From contig OY969116.1 in assembly GCA_963698075.1 (NCBI GenBank), positions 862,131 through 926,130 on the forward strand: a stretch of 64,000 nucleotides of DNA, given 5' to 3'. Positions within the stretch are counted from its first letter, which is position 1. Each line of letters begins with the position of its first letter. The position numbers and the translations under genes were made by a program. The DNA is from an uncultured Candidatus Berkelbacteria bacterium. Its GTDB lineage: Bacteria; Patescibacteriota; UBA1384; UBA12157; JAENIV01. Positions 1 through 9,021 of this stretch are shown here, in pieces. The notes beneath the pieces are model-generated. The model was not told the DNA's origin, ran no database searches, and worked only from the letters and a program-made list of their open reading frames with translations.

Positions 1-2
1 GC

Positions 3-1310
3 AAAGAGTCACTCAAAGTTGCCGAAAAAGCGGTTGAGGCCCCGGTTAAAAAAGCCGAAGAATTTTGGCATAAGCTCGGACCGGGACTAACCACCGGCGC
101 GGCTGATGATGATCCCTCTGGGGTGGCGACTTATTCCCAGCAGGGCGCTAAATACGGCTTTCAATTATTATGGCTGGCGCCGCTAACTTTTCCCTTGATG
201 GCTGTTGTTCAAGAAATCTGCGCCCGTATCGGCCTGGCCACCGGTCGGGGTTTGGCCGCCAATATCAAAAATCATTTTCCCCGCTGGGTTTTATTTACCA
301 CTGCCGGTCTTCTATTGGTCGCCAATTCCTTTAACATCGGCGCTGATTTAGGTGGTATGGCCAAGGCAACCCAACTTCTTGCCCCGGCAATTCCGTTTTG
401 GCTTTTGATTTTCGGCTTCGTCGTTTTAAGCGGCTTAATGCAGATTTTTATTTCTTACACCAAATATGCTCGCTATTTAAAATATCTGGCTTTAACTTTG
501 ATTGTCTACATTATCACTGCCTTTACCCTCAAGGGCTTTCCGTGGCTTGAGGTTTTCAAACACGCTTTTTCGCCCACGCTTAATTTTAGCAAAGAACAAT
601 TTATTTTAATCACCGGGATTTTAGGGACGACGATCTCGCCATATTTGTTTTTTTGGGAGACTTCTCAAGAAGTTGAGGAACGCATCGCGAATGGCAAAAC
701 CACTATTCATGAACGTCAAGATGTTGCAAGAACCGAGATTCGCAAGATGCGCACTGATGTTTGGACAGGAATGTTTTTTTCCAATTTAGTAATGTTTTTT
801 ATTGTCGCTGTCTGCGGGGCAACTTTGTTTGCTCACGGGATAACTAATATCAACAGTGCTGCTGATGCGGCAGCGGCTCTTAAACCCTTGGCGGGCAATT
901 TTTCCTCCTTGCTTTTTGCCTTGGGCATTATAACCACCGGACTTTTAGGCATCCCGGTTTTGGCCGGCAGCGCTTCTTACGCGATTTCGGAAAGTTTGGG
1001 TTGGCGAGAAGGCTTAAATCTTCGTCTTCGCCAAGCCGCCTATTTTTACGGCATGATTATTTTGGCCATGCTTATCGGTTTGTTTATTAATTTTGTGGGC
1101 CTCGATCCAATTAAAGCCCTAATTTACGCCGCCGTGATCAATGGTTTGGTCGCGCCGGTGATTATGATTCTCATTATGCTTCTTTCCGGCAGACACGAGA
1201 TCATGAATCATTGGGTTAACGGTCCCTGGACAAAAACCATCGGCTGGCTGGCCACAGCTTTCATGATTATTACTGGTTTAATTACGATTTATTCAATTTT
1301 CGGGGAATAA
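3..1310 (+). CDS. Nramp-family divalent metal transporter (5' end outside window)
   Basis: Frame open from position 3; reads LGPGLTTGAADDDPSGVATYSQ and ILGTTISPYLFFW, typical of Nramp-related transporters; multiple TM helices. Confidence 0.85.
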   Translation, partial: KESLKVAEKAVEAPVKKAEEFWHKLGPGLTTGAADDDPSGVATYSQQGAKYGFQLLWLAPLTFPLMAVVQEICARIGLATGRGLAANIKNHFPRWVLFTTAGLLLVANSFNIGADLGGMAKATQLLAPAIPFWLLIFGFVVLSGLMQIFISYTKYARYLKYLALTLIVYIITAFTLKGFPWLEVFKHAFSPTLNFSKEQFILITGILGTTISPYLFFWETSQEVEERIANGKTTIHERQDVARTEIRKMRTDVWTGMFFSNLVMFFIVAVCGATLFAHGITNINSAADAAAALKPLAGNFSSLLFALGIITTGLLGIPVLAGSASYAISESLGWREGLNLRLRQAAYFYGMIILAMLIGLFINFVGLDPIKALIYAAVINGLVAPVIMILIMLLSGRHEIMNHWVNGPWTKTIGWLATAFMIITGLITIYSIFGE

Positions 1311-1311
1311 A

Positions 1312-1968
1312 ATGGGCATATTGTATATTGTGGGTACCCCCATCGGCAATTTGGAAGATATTACTTTAAGGGCTTTACGAATTTTAAAAGAAGTTGATTT
1401 AATTGCCTGTGAGGATACTCGCCGGACAAGCATTTTGTTAGAGCATTATAATATCCGTCAGCCGATGGTTTCTTTTCATCAACATTCAAAACTGCAAAAA
1501 ATTGACTATCTTGTGGATAAACTAAAATCGGGCCAAAATATTGCTATAGTCACGGATGCCGGCACCCCCGGTATTTCTGATCCTGGTGGCGTCTTGATAG
1601 CCGAGGCGATAAAGCATAAGATAGAAATAGAGCCAATTCCCGGCCCGTCGGCTCTGACAACGATGTTGTCGATTGCTGGAATTGGAGCCGAGAAATTTTT
1701 GTTTTTAGGCTATTTTCCCAAGAAAAAAGGCCGCCAAACACTTTTGAAAAATTTAAAAAAATTTCCCTTTCTGATCGTCTTTTTTGAATCGCCGTACAGA
1801 ATTCAGCGGACCCTCGAAGATATCCAAAAATATTTAGATAATCCCGAAGTAATTATTGGCCGCGAATTAACCAAAAAATTCGAAGAAATTTTACGCGGAA
1901 AAATTTCCGAAGTTTTACCGAAAATCCGACCTCAAGGTGAATTCGTAATAATTATCAACCATGAATAA
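1312..1968 (+). CDS. rsmI: 16S rRNA (C1402) 2'-O-methyltransferase
   Basis: LYIVGTPIGNLEDIT, ACEDTR, DAGTPGISDPG, RELTKKFEE motifs. Confidence 0.95.
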   Translation: MGILYIVGTPIGNLEDITLRALRILKEVDLIACEDTRRTSILLEHYNIRQPMVSFHQHSKLQKIDYLVDKLKSGQNIAIVTDAGTPGISDPGGVLIAEAIKHKIEIEPIPGPSALTTMLSIAGIGAEKFLFLGYFPKKKGRQTLLKNLKKFPFLIVFFESPYRIQRTLEDIQKYLDNPEVIIGRELTKKFEEILRGKISEVLPKIRPQGEFVIIINHE

Positions 1969-3373
1969 CGAATCAAAATCAAAAGCTGATGTTTTTTTTG
2001 TCACCACCGCCATTGATTACGCCAGTGATCTTCCCCACGTCGGTCATGCCCAAGAAAAAATTGCCGCCGATATTTTGGCACGCTATTGGCGCCGCCGCGG
2101 CCGCGAAGTTTTCTTTCTGACGGGCACCGATGAACATGGCCTCAAAGTTTTTCAAGCTGCCCAAAAAAAAGGTCAAGAGCCAAAACAGTTTGTCGATGAT
2201 ATTGCCTTAAAATATCAAGCCACTTGGTCAGCCCTTGAAATCAAATACGATAATTTTCTGCGCACCACTGATCCGGAACATGAAAAATATGTCCAAGAAT
2301 TTGTCCAAAAACTCTATGAACTTGGCGAGGTCTACAAAGATCGCTACCAGGGACTTTACTGCGTTGGTTGTGAGGAATATAAAGTTAAAAGTGAATTATT
2401 GCCTGGAAATCTTTGCCCGACTCACAAAACTCCTTGCCAAGCAGTTTTCGAAGATGTCTATTTTTTCCGGCTTTCTAAATACAAACAACAAATTTTAGAC
2501 ATTATTAAACAAAAGAAAATTATCATCGAGCCCGAAACGCGGAGAAATGAGATCATTAGTTTCTTGACCAAAGAGCCCTTGCAAGATTTAGCGATTTCTC
2601 GTTCCAAAGTCAGCTGGGGAATTCCCATTCCCTGGGATACAACGCAGACCATTTATGTTTGGGTTGATGCCCTCTTAAATTACCTCACTGGTTCCCGTGG
2701 TAATTGGCCGCCGTCATTGCATATAATCGGCAAAGATATTTTTCGTTTCCACTGTATCATCTGGCCGGCGATGCTCTTGGCCGTCGGTTTAGAACTGCCG
2801 CGCAAAATTTTTATCCATGGTTTTTTATCCGTTGATGGTGAACGGATTTCTAAAACTCGTGGCAATGTGATTGATCCCTTACAAATTGCCAAAATTTATG
2901 GCGTTGATCCCCTACGCTATTTTTTGTTTCGCGAAACGCCCTTTTTTCAAGACGGTGACTTTTCTGTTGACCGTTTTGAGAGGCGATACAAAGCCGATCT
3001 GGCCAACGACCTAGGTAATTTAATCCAAAGAGTTTTAATTTTAGCCAGTCAAAATAAAATTAACTGGCAATATCGGACCATTACCAAGCCCTTTCATCAG
3101 ATCGATCAAGCCATCGAGGATTTAAAATTCGATCGAGCCTTGGAATTGATTTGGGACATCATTACTGAGGCCAACAAACGGATTGATGCTGAAAAACCCT
3201 GGGAATTGGCCAAAACCAACCCAAAAAGATTGACAGAAATTATCAGTCAACTATTGCAGGCGCTTTCTCAAATCGCTTACGAACTTGAACCATTTATGCC
3301 GGAGACCGCTTGGTCAATTATCGAGCAGCTTAAAAGCCTCAAACCCTATGTCCTTTTTCCGAGAAAGAAATAA
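1961..3373 (+). CDS. metG: Methionine--tRNA ligase (short form, no C-terminal tRNA-binding domain)
   Basis: HVGH (HIGH), TGTDEHG, YVWVDALLNY, IGKDI, RISKT (KMSKS-like), DLANDLGNL. Confidence 0.95.
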   Translation: MNNESKSKADVFFVTTAIDYASDLPHVGHAQEKIAADILARYWRRRGREVFFLTGTDEHGLKVFQAAQKKGQEPKQFVDDIALKYQATWSALEIKYDNFLRTTDPEHEKYVQEFVQKLYELGEVYKDRYQGLYCVGCEEYKVKSELLPGNLCPTHKTPCQAVFEDVYFFRLSKYKQQILDIIKQKKIIIEPETRRNEIISFLTKEPLQDLAISRSKVSWGIPIPWDTTQTIYVWVDALLNYLTGSRGNWPPSLHIIGKDIFRFHCIIWPAMLLAVGLELPRKIFIHGFLSVDGERISKTRGNVIDPLQIAKIYGVDPLRYFLFRETPFFQDGDFSVDRFERRYKADLANDLGNLIQRVLILASQNKINWQYRTITKPFHQIDQAIEDLKFDRALELIWDIITEANKRIDAEKPWELAKTNPKRLTEIISQLLQALSQIAYELEPFMPETAWSIIEQLKSLKPYVLFPRKK

Positions 3374-3384
3374 AGGAGGATTTT

Positions 3385-4224
3385 TTGTTCCCATTTATTG
3401 CCACTGTCACGCAGGCCGCCGGCATCATTGTTGATAAAATAATTTTGACTCGCCGGAGGATGGAGCTTCACGTTTACATCCCGGTTCTTTTTTTATTTCT
3501 GTTTTTACTCACTGGCATTTTGATGCCGTTTTTTGGCAACATTAGTTTAGACATTTTCCGGCCTTACTATTTAATAATCTTCTTGGCCATGATAATCTGC
3601 GCCTTGATTTGGAACGTTTTTTACTACAAAGGTGCCCAGGCGGAAAAAGTTCATGAATTTGAACTCATCATTATGTTCCAGCCATTGCTAACGATTCTTT
3701 TGGCGGCGATATTGATTGAAAAAAATACCAATATTCACCTCCTCATCGCCTCGGTCCTGGCATCCTTGGCGCTGATTTTTTCTCATCTTAAAAGAAATCA
3801 CTTTGAAATTTCCGCCGCCGGCAAGGGTCTCATTTTGGCGGTCGTTTTTATATCTGTGGAGATCATTTTACAAAAGATAATGCTTGAAGTTTTATCGCCA
3901 GTGGCTTTGTATTTTATCCGCACCGGGATTATTTTTCTCTTTTTCATGTTTTTTTATCGGCCGCATATTAGACAAGTAGCCAATACCAATGCCTTGCTGA
4001 TTTTGACGACTTCGGCTTTGGGCGTTGCTCAGATGGTAACCAAATTTTACGGCTTTGAGGTTTACGGGGTGATTTACACTTCTTTAATTTTGATTTTATC
4101 GCCAATTTTGGTCTATATTATCTCGACGATCGCCTTACACGAGCACGTCAAAGCAAGAACAATAATCTCTGGCTTAGTGATTTTAGGTTGTATCATTTAC
4201 GCGACGGTTTTTAATTTAAGATAG
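3385..4224 (+). CDS. DMT/EamA-like membrane transporter
   Basis: ~10 TM helices in two internally similar halves. Confidence 0.65.
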   Translation: MFPFIATVTQAAGIIVDKIILTRRRMELHVYIPVLFLFLFLLTGILMPFFGNISLDIFRPYYLIIFLAMIICALIWNVFYYKGAQAEKVHEFELIIMFQPLLTILLAAILIEKNTNIHLLIASVLASLALIFSHLKRNHFEISAAGKGLILAVVFISVEIILQKIMLEVLSPVALYFIRTGIIFLFFMFFYRPHIRQVANTNALLILTTSALGVAQMVTKFYGFEVYGVIYTSLILILSPILVYIISTIALHEHVKARTIISGLVILGCIIYATVFNLR

Positions 4225-4246
4225 AATAAGATCTAAATAATACGAA

Positions 4247-4278
4247 ACAAGCCGCAGGCTCGAAAGCCTGCGGCTTGT
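4247..4278. terminator. Hairpin between convergent genes (likely bidirectional terminator)
   Basis: ACAAGCCGCAGGCT-CGAA-AGCCTGCGGCTTGT perfect 14-bp stem. Confidence 0.75.
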
Positions 4279-4306
4279 ATGTTGTGTTCTCCACCTCCTT
4301 GTGGGG

Positions 4307-5632
4307 TTAGTGCGAAGGCCACTTCTCGCGGAATGGATCATCCGACTCCCGCGAGTAGAAGATGGCGATCAAGTGGCGCTGCCAGCCCATGAAGCCATCG
4401 GGCCAGAGGCGGACGTCCAGCCAATCCCCGGGCGGGACACGCATCGGCGGGTCAGCCCAGGGGTTTTCCCATACCCACATCTGCCAGGCATCGTGGATGT
4501 CAGTGCCAACGTTGTCCTTGCTCTGGCCGTTGAGTTCCCAGGAAGGCAGAGCCACCTTGAACTCCCGGGTCGGCAGGAAGGCTGGGGCGCGACTGCCATA
4601 GAAGCCCTCGCGGACCGTCAGGACAACCTCAGCTTTCGGATCGCGGGGAGACCTCTCGGCTTTGAAGACTTGGTATTCTCCTTGCCGAAGGTCCCAGGCC
4701 GAGTGAACGTAGTTCGGGCTGAATTTGGCCATGCCAGTGGTCAAGAGCCAAGCCGTCACCACCAGGCCGACTGCGAGATAGAAGCCGAAGGTCAGTCTCG
4801 CTATTTCCGGCTCGTTGTCCCAACCGCGCCGCAAGGGACCCTCGTGACTGACGCGAGCCAGCTCATAGCTCTTGATAAAGAGCGCCGAGCAGGCAAAGAC
4901 GAGCCAGTCGCGAGAGAGCAGAGAGTAGACCAGGGGCAGGGCCCAGTAGCGCTGTTCCATCAGTTCATAGAGGTGGCCGTGCCACTTAGGGTCGAGCTTC
5001 TTCTCCAAGATGTCTTCCGCCAGTCCGAGGACCAGGAGGACGACCAGAAAGGCGCCCGCCACGTTGAGCTCCAGGTTGATGGTCAGGAATGTCGGATTGG
5101 AGACGAAACTCTCGTGAAAGAACCTCGTCCCCACGAAGCTTCGGACCGCGAAGATGATCGGATCGGCCAAGAGAACCGCCAAAAGCATTACTGTCGTGGC
5201 CAAACCATGATTGGCGCGATCGATCTTTTCACGGACAAAGCAGACAAGGACCAAGGGAATCAGGAAATTGGCTAGGGGCGGGTGGGCGAGAATCAGGAGT
5301 GACCCCGCCAAACCCCAACCAATACCCAGGACCTTATCCGCTCCTCGAAACCAGACCAGACCGTGGTCGACGAGCAGGTCAGCCACCTTCATCTGGATAC
5401 CAAAGAAGATGGCCAGGGCTCCGACAAGGAGCTCTGTTGGGAGATACACCCCGGCGGCAACGATAGCGATGAGGCTAACCGTACCAGCCAGGGACACCAG
5501 GGCGGCAATATAGGTCAGACGACTGCGGGCCCAGGTGACGATTACAGGGACCCCGAGAACTCGGGGCATAGTCAGGCTTCTGACTGTCACAGCGTGCCTC
5601 CATATAGAGTCAAGGTTCAAATCGTCCCACAT
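4307..5632 (-). CDS. Hypothetical polytopic membrane protein with C-terminal soluble domain (GC-rich island)
   Basis: 441-aa ORF, many hydrophobic segments, own promoter upstream; start codon uncertain. Confidence 0.75.
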   Translation of the reverse strand: MWDDLNLDSIWRHAVTVRSLTMPRVLGVPVIVTWARSRLTYIAALVSLAGTVSLIAIVAAGVYLPTELLVGALAIFFGIQMKVADLLVDHGLVWFRGADKVLGIGWGLAGSLLILAHPPLANFLIPLVLVCFVREKIDRANHGLATTVMLLAVLLADPIIFAVRSFVGTRFFHESFVSNPTFLTINLELNVAGAFLVVLLVLGLAEDILEKKLDPKWHGHLYELMEQRYWALPLVYSLLSRDWLVFACSALFIKSYELARVSHEGPLRRGWDNEPEIARLTFGFYLAVGLVVTAWLLTTGMAKFSPNYVHSAWDLRQGEYQVFKAERSPRDPKAEVVLTVREGFYGSRAPAFLPTREFKVALPSWELNGQSKDNVGTDIHDAWQMWVWENPWADPPMRVPPGDWLDVRLWPDGFMGWQRHLIAIFYSRESDDPFREKWPSH

Positions 5633-5646
5633 CTTTGGGACATTGA

Positions 5647-5675
5647 ATTATAGCATAAATTGGTCTAAAAGTCAA
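5647..5675 (-). promoter_or_regulatory. Sigma70-type promoter for 4307-5632
   Basis: Minus strand TTGACT-17 bp-TATAAT with extended TG. Confidence 0.7.
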
Positions 5676-5773
5676 GGAATTATAATGCAGTTATAAGGAG
5701 GGATTTTGATAATATGTAAAGTTGACCTTTACTATGCTCAACACCCGCAAATCATAAAAATGTCAATACTCAC

Positions 5774-5802
5774 TTGACAAAATTGGTAAAATGTGATAAG
5801 AT
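5774..5802 (+). promoter_or_regulatory. Sigma70-type promoter for island operon
   Basis: TTGACA-17 bp-TAAGAT. Confidence 0.6.
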
Positions 5803-5880
5803 GTGATAATCAAGCGGAAATCGCTTGAGCGAACCTGAAAACCCGCCGGTGACGAGGTAAATCGGGAAAGGAGGTGGCCC

Positions 5881-6486
5881 ATGCGCTACCTGACAATAGC
5901 TGTACTGGTGGTAATGCTGTTGGGACTAGGGGTTTCTGCTTACGGGGCCCACGTTGAGGAGCCGGGGATCAACCTCGAGTCCATCAACATGGGTTACGAC
6001 CTCGAGCGGACCCCCGATGGCAACGAGACGACCGAGCTCTACGAGAACTTCTCGTTCTGCAACAAGACCTACCGAGTGAAGCTCTCTCTCGAGTACTACT
6101 CTGACGGCTATGACCGCTACACCCTCTACGCCGGCAAGAAGTCCAGCCCGACTATGGGACTGGTGCGCTGGGATGATTCGAGCCGCTTGTGGCTCGGCTT
6201 CAACCACGTCCAGCCCATCTCGAACGAGCTGACACTGATCCTCCGGCCGCTCAAAGGAGTCAATGCCGCCACCTGCGACCGCGCCTATCTCATCGCTGAC
6301 TACCAACTGAAGGGCGAACATCTGGGCGCGATGTTCCTGGCGGTGGGAATCGAGGGCGACGGCAAGGCCGAGGACTACTACCTTGGTCCCACTTACCGCG
6401 ATGGCGGCTGGAGCTTCTGGGCCGCCACACACCTGACCAAGGACGATTTCTACCTGGACGCCAGCTACTCAATGGCGTTCAAGTAG
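5881..6486 (+). CDS. Hypothetical secreted, beta-rich protein
   Basis: Strong SD (AAAGGAGGT), signal peptide MRYLTIAVLVVMLLGLGVSAYG, followed by terminator. Confidence 0.75.
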   Translation: MRYLTIAVLVVMLLGLGVSAYGAHVEEPGINLESINMGYDLERTPDGNETTELYENFSFCNKTYRVKLSLEYYSDGYDRYTLYAGKKSSPTMGLVRWDDSSRLWLGFNHVQPISNELTLILRPLKGVNAATCDRAYLIADYQLKGEHLGAMFLAVGIEGDGKAEDYYLGPTYRDGGWSFWAATHLTKDDFYLDASYSMAFK

Positions 6487-6510
6487 GGAACAACGACTAC
6501 TGACTAACCA

Positions 6511-6552
6511 GGCAGACAGGCCTTCAAACTTATGGCCTGTCTGCCCCATTTT
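6511..6552 (+). terminator. Intrinsic terminator-like hairpin
   Basis: GGCAGACAGGCC...GGCCTGTCTGCC then CCATTTT. Confidence 0.6.
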
Positions 6553-6619
6553 CTCCTGATTCCATCCACGGATGGAGCCAGAAGACGAATGTTGTACCTG
6601 AACAAGGGAGGAAACCCTG

Positions 6620-6763
6620 ATGAACAAGAGATGGTTTCTTTTCGCCGTTATCGTCCTTGCCTGGATCGCTGTGGTTGTTCTGGGAGTCAAGTATGCCCCG
6701 TGGTCGTTTGCCGTCCTCGGCGGCGTCATCATTCTGCTCCTTATCTTGCGGAAGAGGAGGTGA
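6620..6763 (+). CDS. Small 47-aa two-TM membrane protein (not in ORF track)
   Basis: SD AAGGGAGG; MNKRWFLFAVIVLAWIAVVVLGVKYAPWSFAVLGGVIILLLILRKRR*. Confidence 0.65.
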   Translation: MNKRWFLFAVIVLAWIAVVVLGVKYAPWSFAVLGGVIILLLILRKRR

Positions 6764-6768
6764 GAGAG

Positions 6769-7413
6769 ATGATGAAGGTGCTTAGAGGCTCCTGCCTGGT
6801 TGCGAGTGGTGTGAAGGAGAAGGACGTATCCTCCTTCCTTCAGGAATGGGACCGGATAGGAGCGGAGCTGATTTCGGTAGAGAGGATCGGTATCAAGAAT
6901 CCTCGCTATCGAGTTCTCGCCTTCCTGCCCAATGGTCCGAATCATTCCTTTGCTTTGACCCACAGGTCTAAAGGCATTCACAATCTGGGTCAGGGCAAAC
7001 TGGTACGGAGCGAGACCGGAGCTGTCCGATTTGTGCCGGAGCGTTACCCCTACCCGGATGCCCAAGAAGTGGGTCGAGGTAGTAGCCGCGTAACCATGTA
7101 CACGGACCGGGACGGAAGGGTACACTTCAGCTTTCTGATACCCGGAACCCACTACCGGTGGCTGCACTGGATCGTTGATCCTCGCCGGATCGGTCCAAGG
7201 CAATTGCCATCAGGCTTTTTCCAATGGGACTTGGGTCTGCCCCAGCGCCGCCTGAGTTTACTAGCAAGTTTCGCGCTGGCGAAAGACACTGGGCGATGCC
7301 TGACACTCCACATGCAAGACCAGTACGGCAAGTTTCACGAACTTCCGGTCGAGAAGCGCGTGGCCAAGGTTCTTGGCCTTCGCGACTGTAACCCTCGAGA
7401 CGAGAGGAGGTGA
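6769..7413 (+). CDS. Hypothetical protein
   Basis: GAGGAGGT SD before ATG 6769, in frame with track ORF 6532..7413. Confidence 0.65.
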   Translation: MMKVLRGSCLVASGVKEKDVSSFLQEWDRIGAELISVERIGIKNPRYRVLAFLPNGPNHSFALTHRSKGIHNLGQGKLVRSETGAVRFVPERYPYPDAQEVGRGSSRVTMYTDRDGRVHFSFLIPGTHYRWLHWIVDPRRIGPRQLPSGFFQWDLGLPQRRLSLLASFALAKDTGRCLTLHMQDQYGKFHELPVEKRVAKVLGLRDCNPRDERR

Positions 7414-7418
7414 GAGAG

Positions 7419-8254
7419 ATGCCTGAAGAGCCCAAAGATGGCTATCTGATCATCATCAGAGATGTTCGGCACGGCGATTTCGTGGGACTGCTACCGCCTT
7501 TGTTCTGGCAGCCAACGGCGCGACTGTCCACTTGGTCTCCCGAAACGAAGAGAAGCTCGAGCAGATCGCCCACAACATCACCCATTTCCTTGAGGAGGTT
7601 AGGGAGGATCAAGTCGAACGATCAGCCGTTGATCTCCTTGATGAAGGGCAAGTCACGGCGTTCGTGGACGCCTTGCCGAAGAATAAACGGATCTTTTGGG
7701 TCCAGTCTATCGGCATGGGAGCCGGTACTTACCAACTCAAGGACGGAAACCCGTATCTGCATCTTGAGGATATCCCGCTCGAACTTCTTGAGCTGGAATC
7801 GACAACTGTGCTCAAGGGAACACACATCCTGATGCAGAAGCTACTGCCGGTGTTCCGTGAGCAAAACAGTCGCTTCGGAATGGAGACGAGGATTGCGATT
7901 GTAAGTTCGATGTCAGCAATCCGAGGCTATAACGTTGGCGGGACGCACTGCGCAGCCAAGGGCGCGATCAGCCGATATGCCAATGCGGCCATGCTCGACC
8001 TCTGGAAAGAAGGTATCTATGTTACCGATGTCAGGCCAGGGGTCGTCGACACCGGGATGTACGATTCGGAAGCGGTTCAGAAGGCAGTCCTGGAGATCGA
8101 CGCGGAATATGGCAATCACTGGAACCAGAATGGCCTTCAACTTGCTCCGCCCATCGCCGTCGGTTACGCCATCGCTACTGCGCTGACCATTCCCGCTCAC
8201 ATTCCGTCAATCAATCTGGTGGCGCAGGGGCAATTCCCGAACGAGGGGTCGTAA
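7419..8254 (+). pseudogene. SDR-family oxidoreductase, apparently frameshifted near 7490
   Basis: ATAFVLAANGATVHLVSRNEEKL, VSSMSA, HCAAK, VRPGVVDT; SD-linked ATG at 7419 is in a different frame from the SDR body. Confidence 0.6.
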
Positions 8255-8280
8255 ATCTTAACAACTGAAAATAGATCTTG

Positions 8281-8307
8281 CCCACCATAGCCTTGGGCGA
8301 AGGTGGG
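8281..8307. repeat. REP-like palindrome (CCCRCC-RTAG...GAAGGYGGG family)
   Basis: CCCACCATAGCCTTGGGCGAAGGTGGG; related copies at 24780, 32680, 46020. Confidence 0.6.
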
Positions 8308-8377
8308 CCTTTTCTCCCGGTTATCACTACGGTGGTAGCTGGAAGCAAAAGAATGTACCTGAACAAAGGAGAAGCCA

Positions 8378-8572
8378 ATGTCGGCTTTTATGGGTGTGAA
8401 GACCAAAGACCGGAAGGGCAGGATCGTCGGGATCACACCGGATGTCGCCGCCGGTATGATATTTCTAGGGCTGGTAACGCCGGTCAGAAAGGTCGTTCAA
8501 CCAACACGCAAGAAGAAGGGGAAGGTTGCCTCGAAGCGCAAATCGGCGAAACGAAAAAAGAAGAGAGGCTGA
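8378..8572 (+). CDS. Small basic hypothetical protein with Lys/Arg-rich tail
   Basis: SD AAAGGAG, 64 aa. Confidence 0.6.
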   Translation: MSAFMGVKTKDRKGRIVGITPDVAAGMIFLGLVTPVRKVVQPTRKKKGKVASKRKSAKRKKKRG

Positions 8573-8573
8573 G

Positions 8574-8909
8574 ATGGCCAAGATTCTGCTCTGGAACGTG
8601 CCGGCGGAGTATCGCGAGGCGCTGGAGAAGGAAGCGAGACCGTTCGTGTCGCTGGAGACCCTAGAGATCGATGAAGTTTCTGGTATCAACCAATTTGATA
8701 GCAAAGCCAAAGAGGCGACTGCTTCAGGTAGGCCCTATACTCAGATTGTAGCTTTCTTGACAGAGCCATCCAATGTGAGAGGGGCGCTGGATGTACTCAG
8801 TGAGCGGGCGACAGAAATGCAGGCTGATGTAATCTGTCACACAGCGCTGGTTCCGCTTCCCGACTTCATCGCCGAGTTCAATCGCACCTTCCACCCGTGG
8901 AAGAAGTGA
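8574..8909 (+). CDS. Hypothetical protein
   Basis: ATG just after previous stop; followed by terminator. Confidence 0.6.
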   Translation: MAKILLWNVPAEYREALEKEARPFVSLETLEIDEVSGINQFDSKAKEATASGRPYTQIVAFLTEPSNVRGALDVLSERATEMQADVICHTALVPLPDFIAEFNRTFHPWKK

Positions 8910-8937
8910 CATCACATCATCAAGGAGAGGGATCAAT

Positions 8938-8968
8938 GAGGTCCGCCTTTGGTGGACCTCTTCTTTTT
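8938..8968 (+). terminator. Intrinsic terminator
   Basis: GAGGTCCGCC-TTT-GGTGGACCTC followed by TTCTTTTT. Confidence 0.75.
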
Positions 8969-9021
8969 CCCTGCAAATCAGCTATATTATAAATAGTATG
9001 GTTGTCAGGGACGGAGGAAAG

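Noticed and set aside
4301-5275. 324-aa plus-strand ORF and other long overlapping ORFs in the GC-rich island (5926-6432, 6469-7203)
   Set aside because: Antisense shadows of better-supported genes; GC-rich DNA has few stops; no SD or motifs
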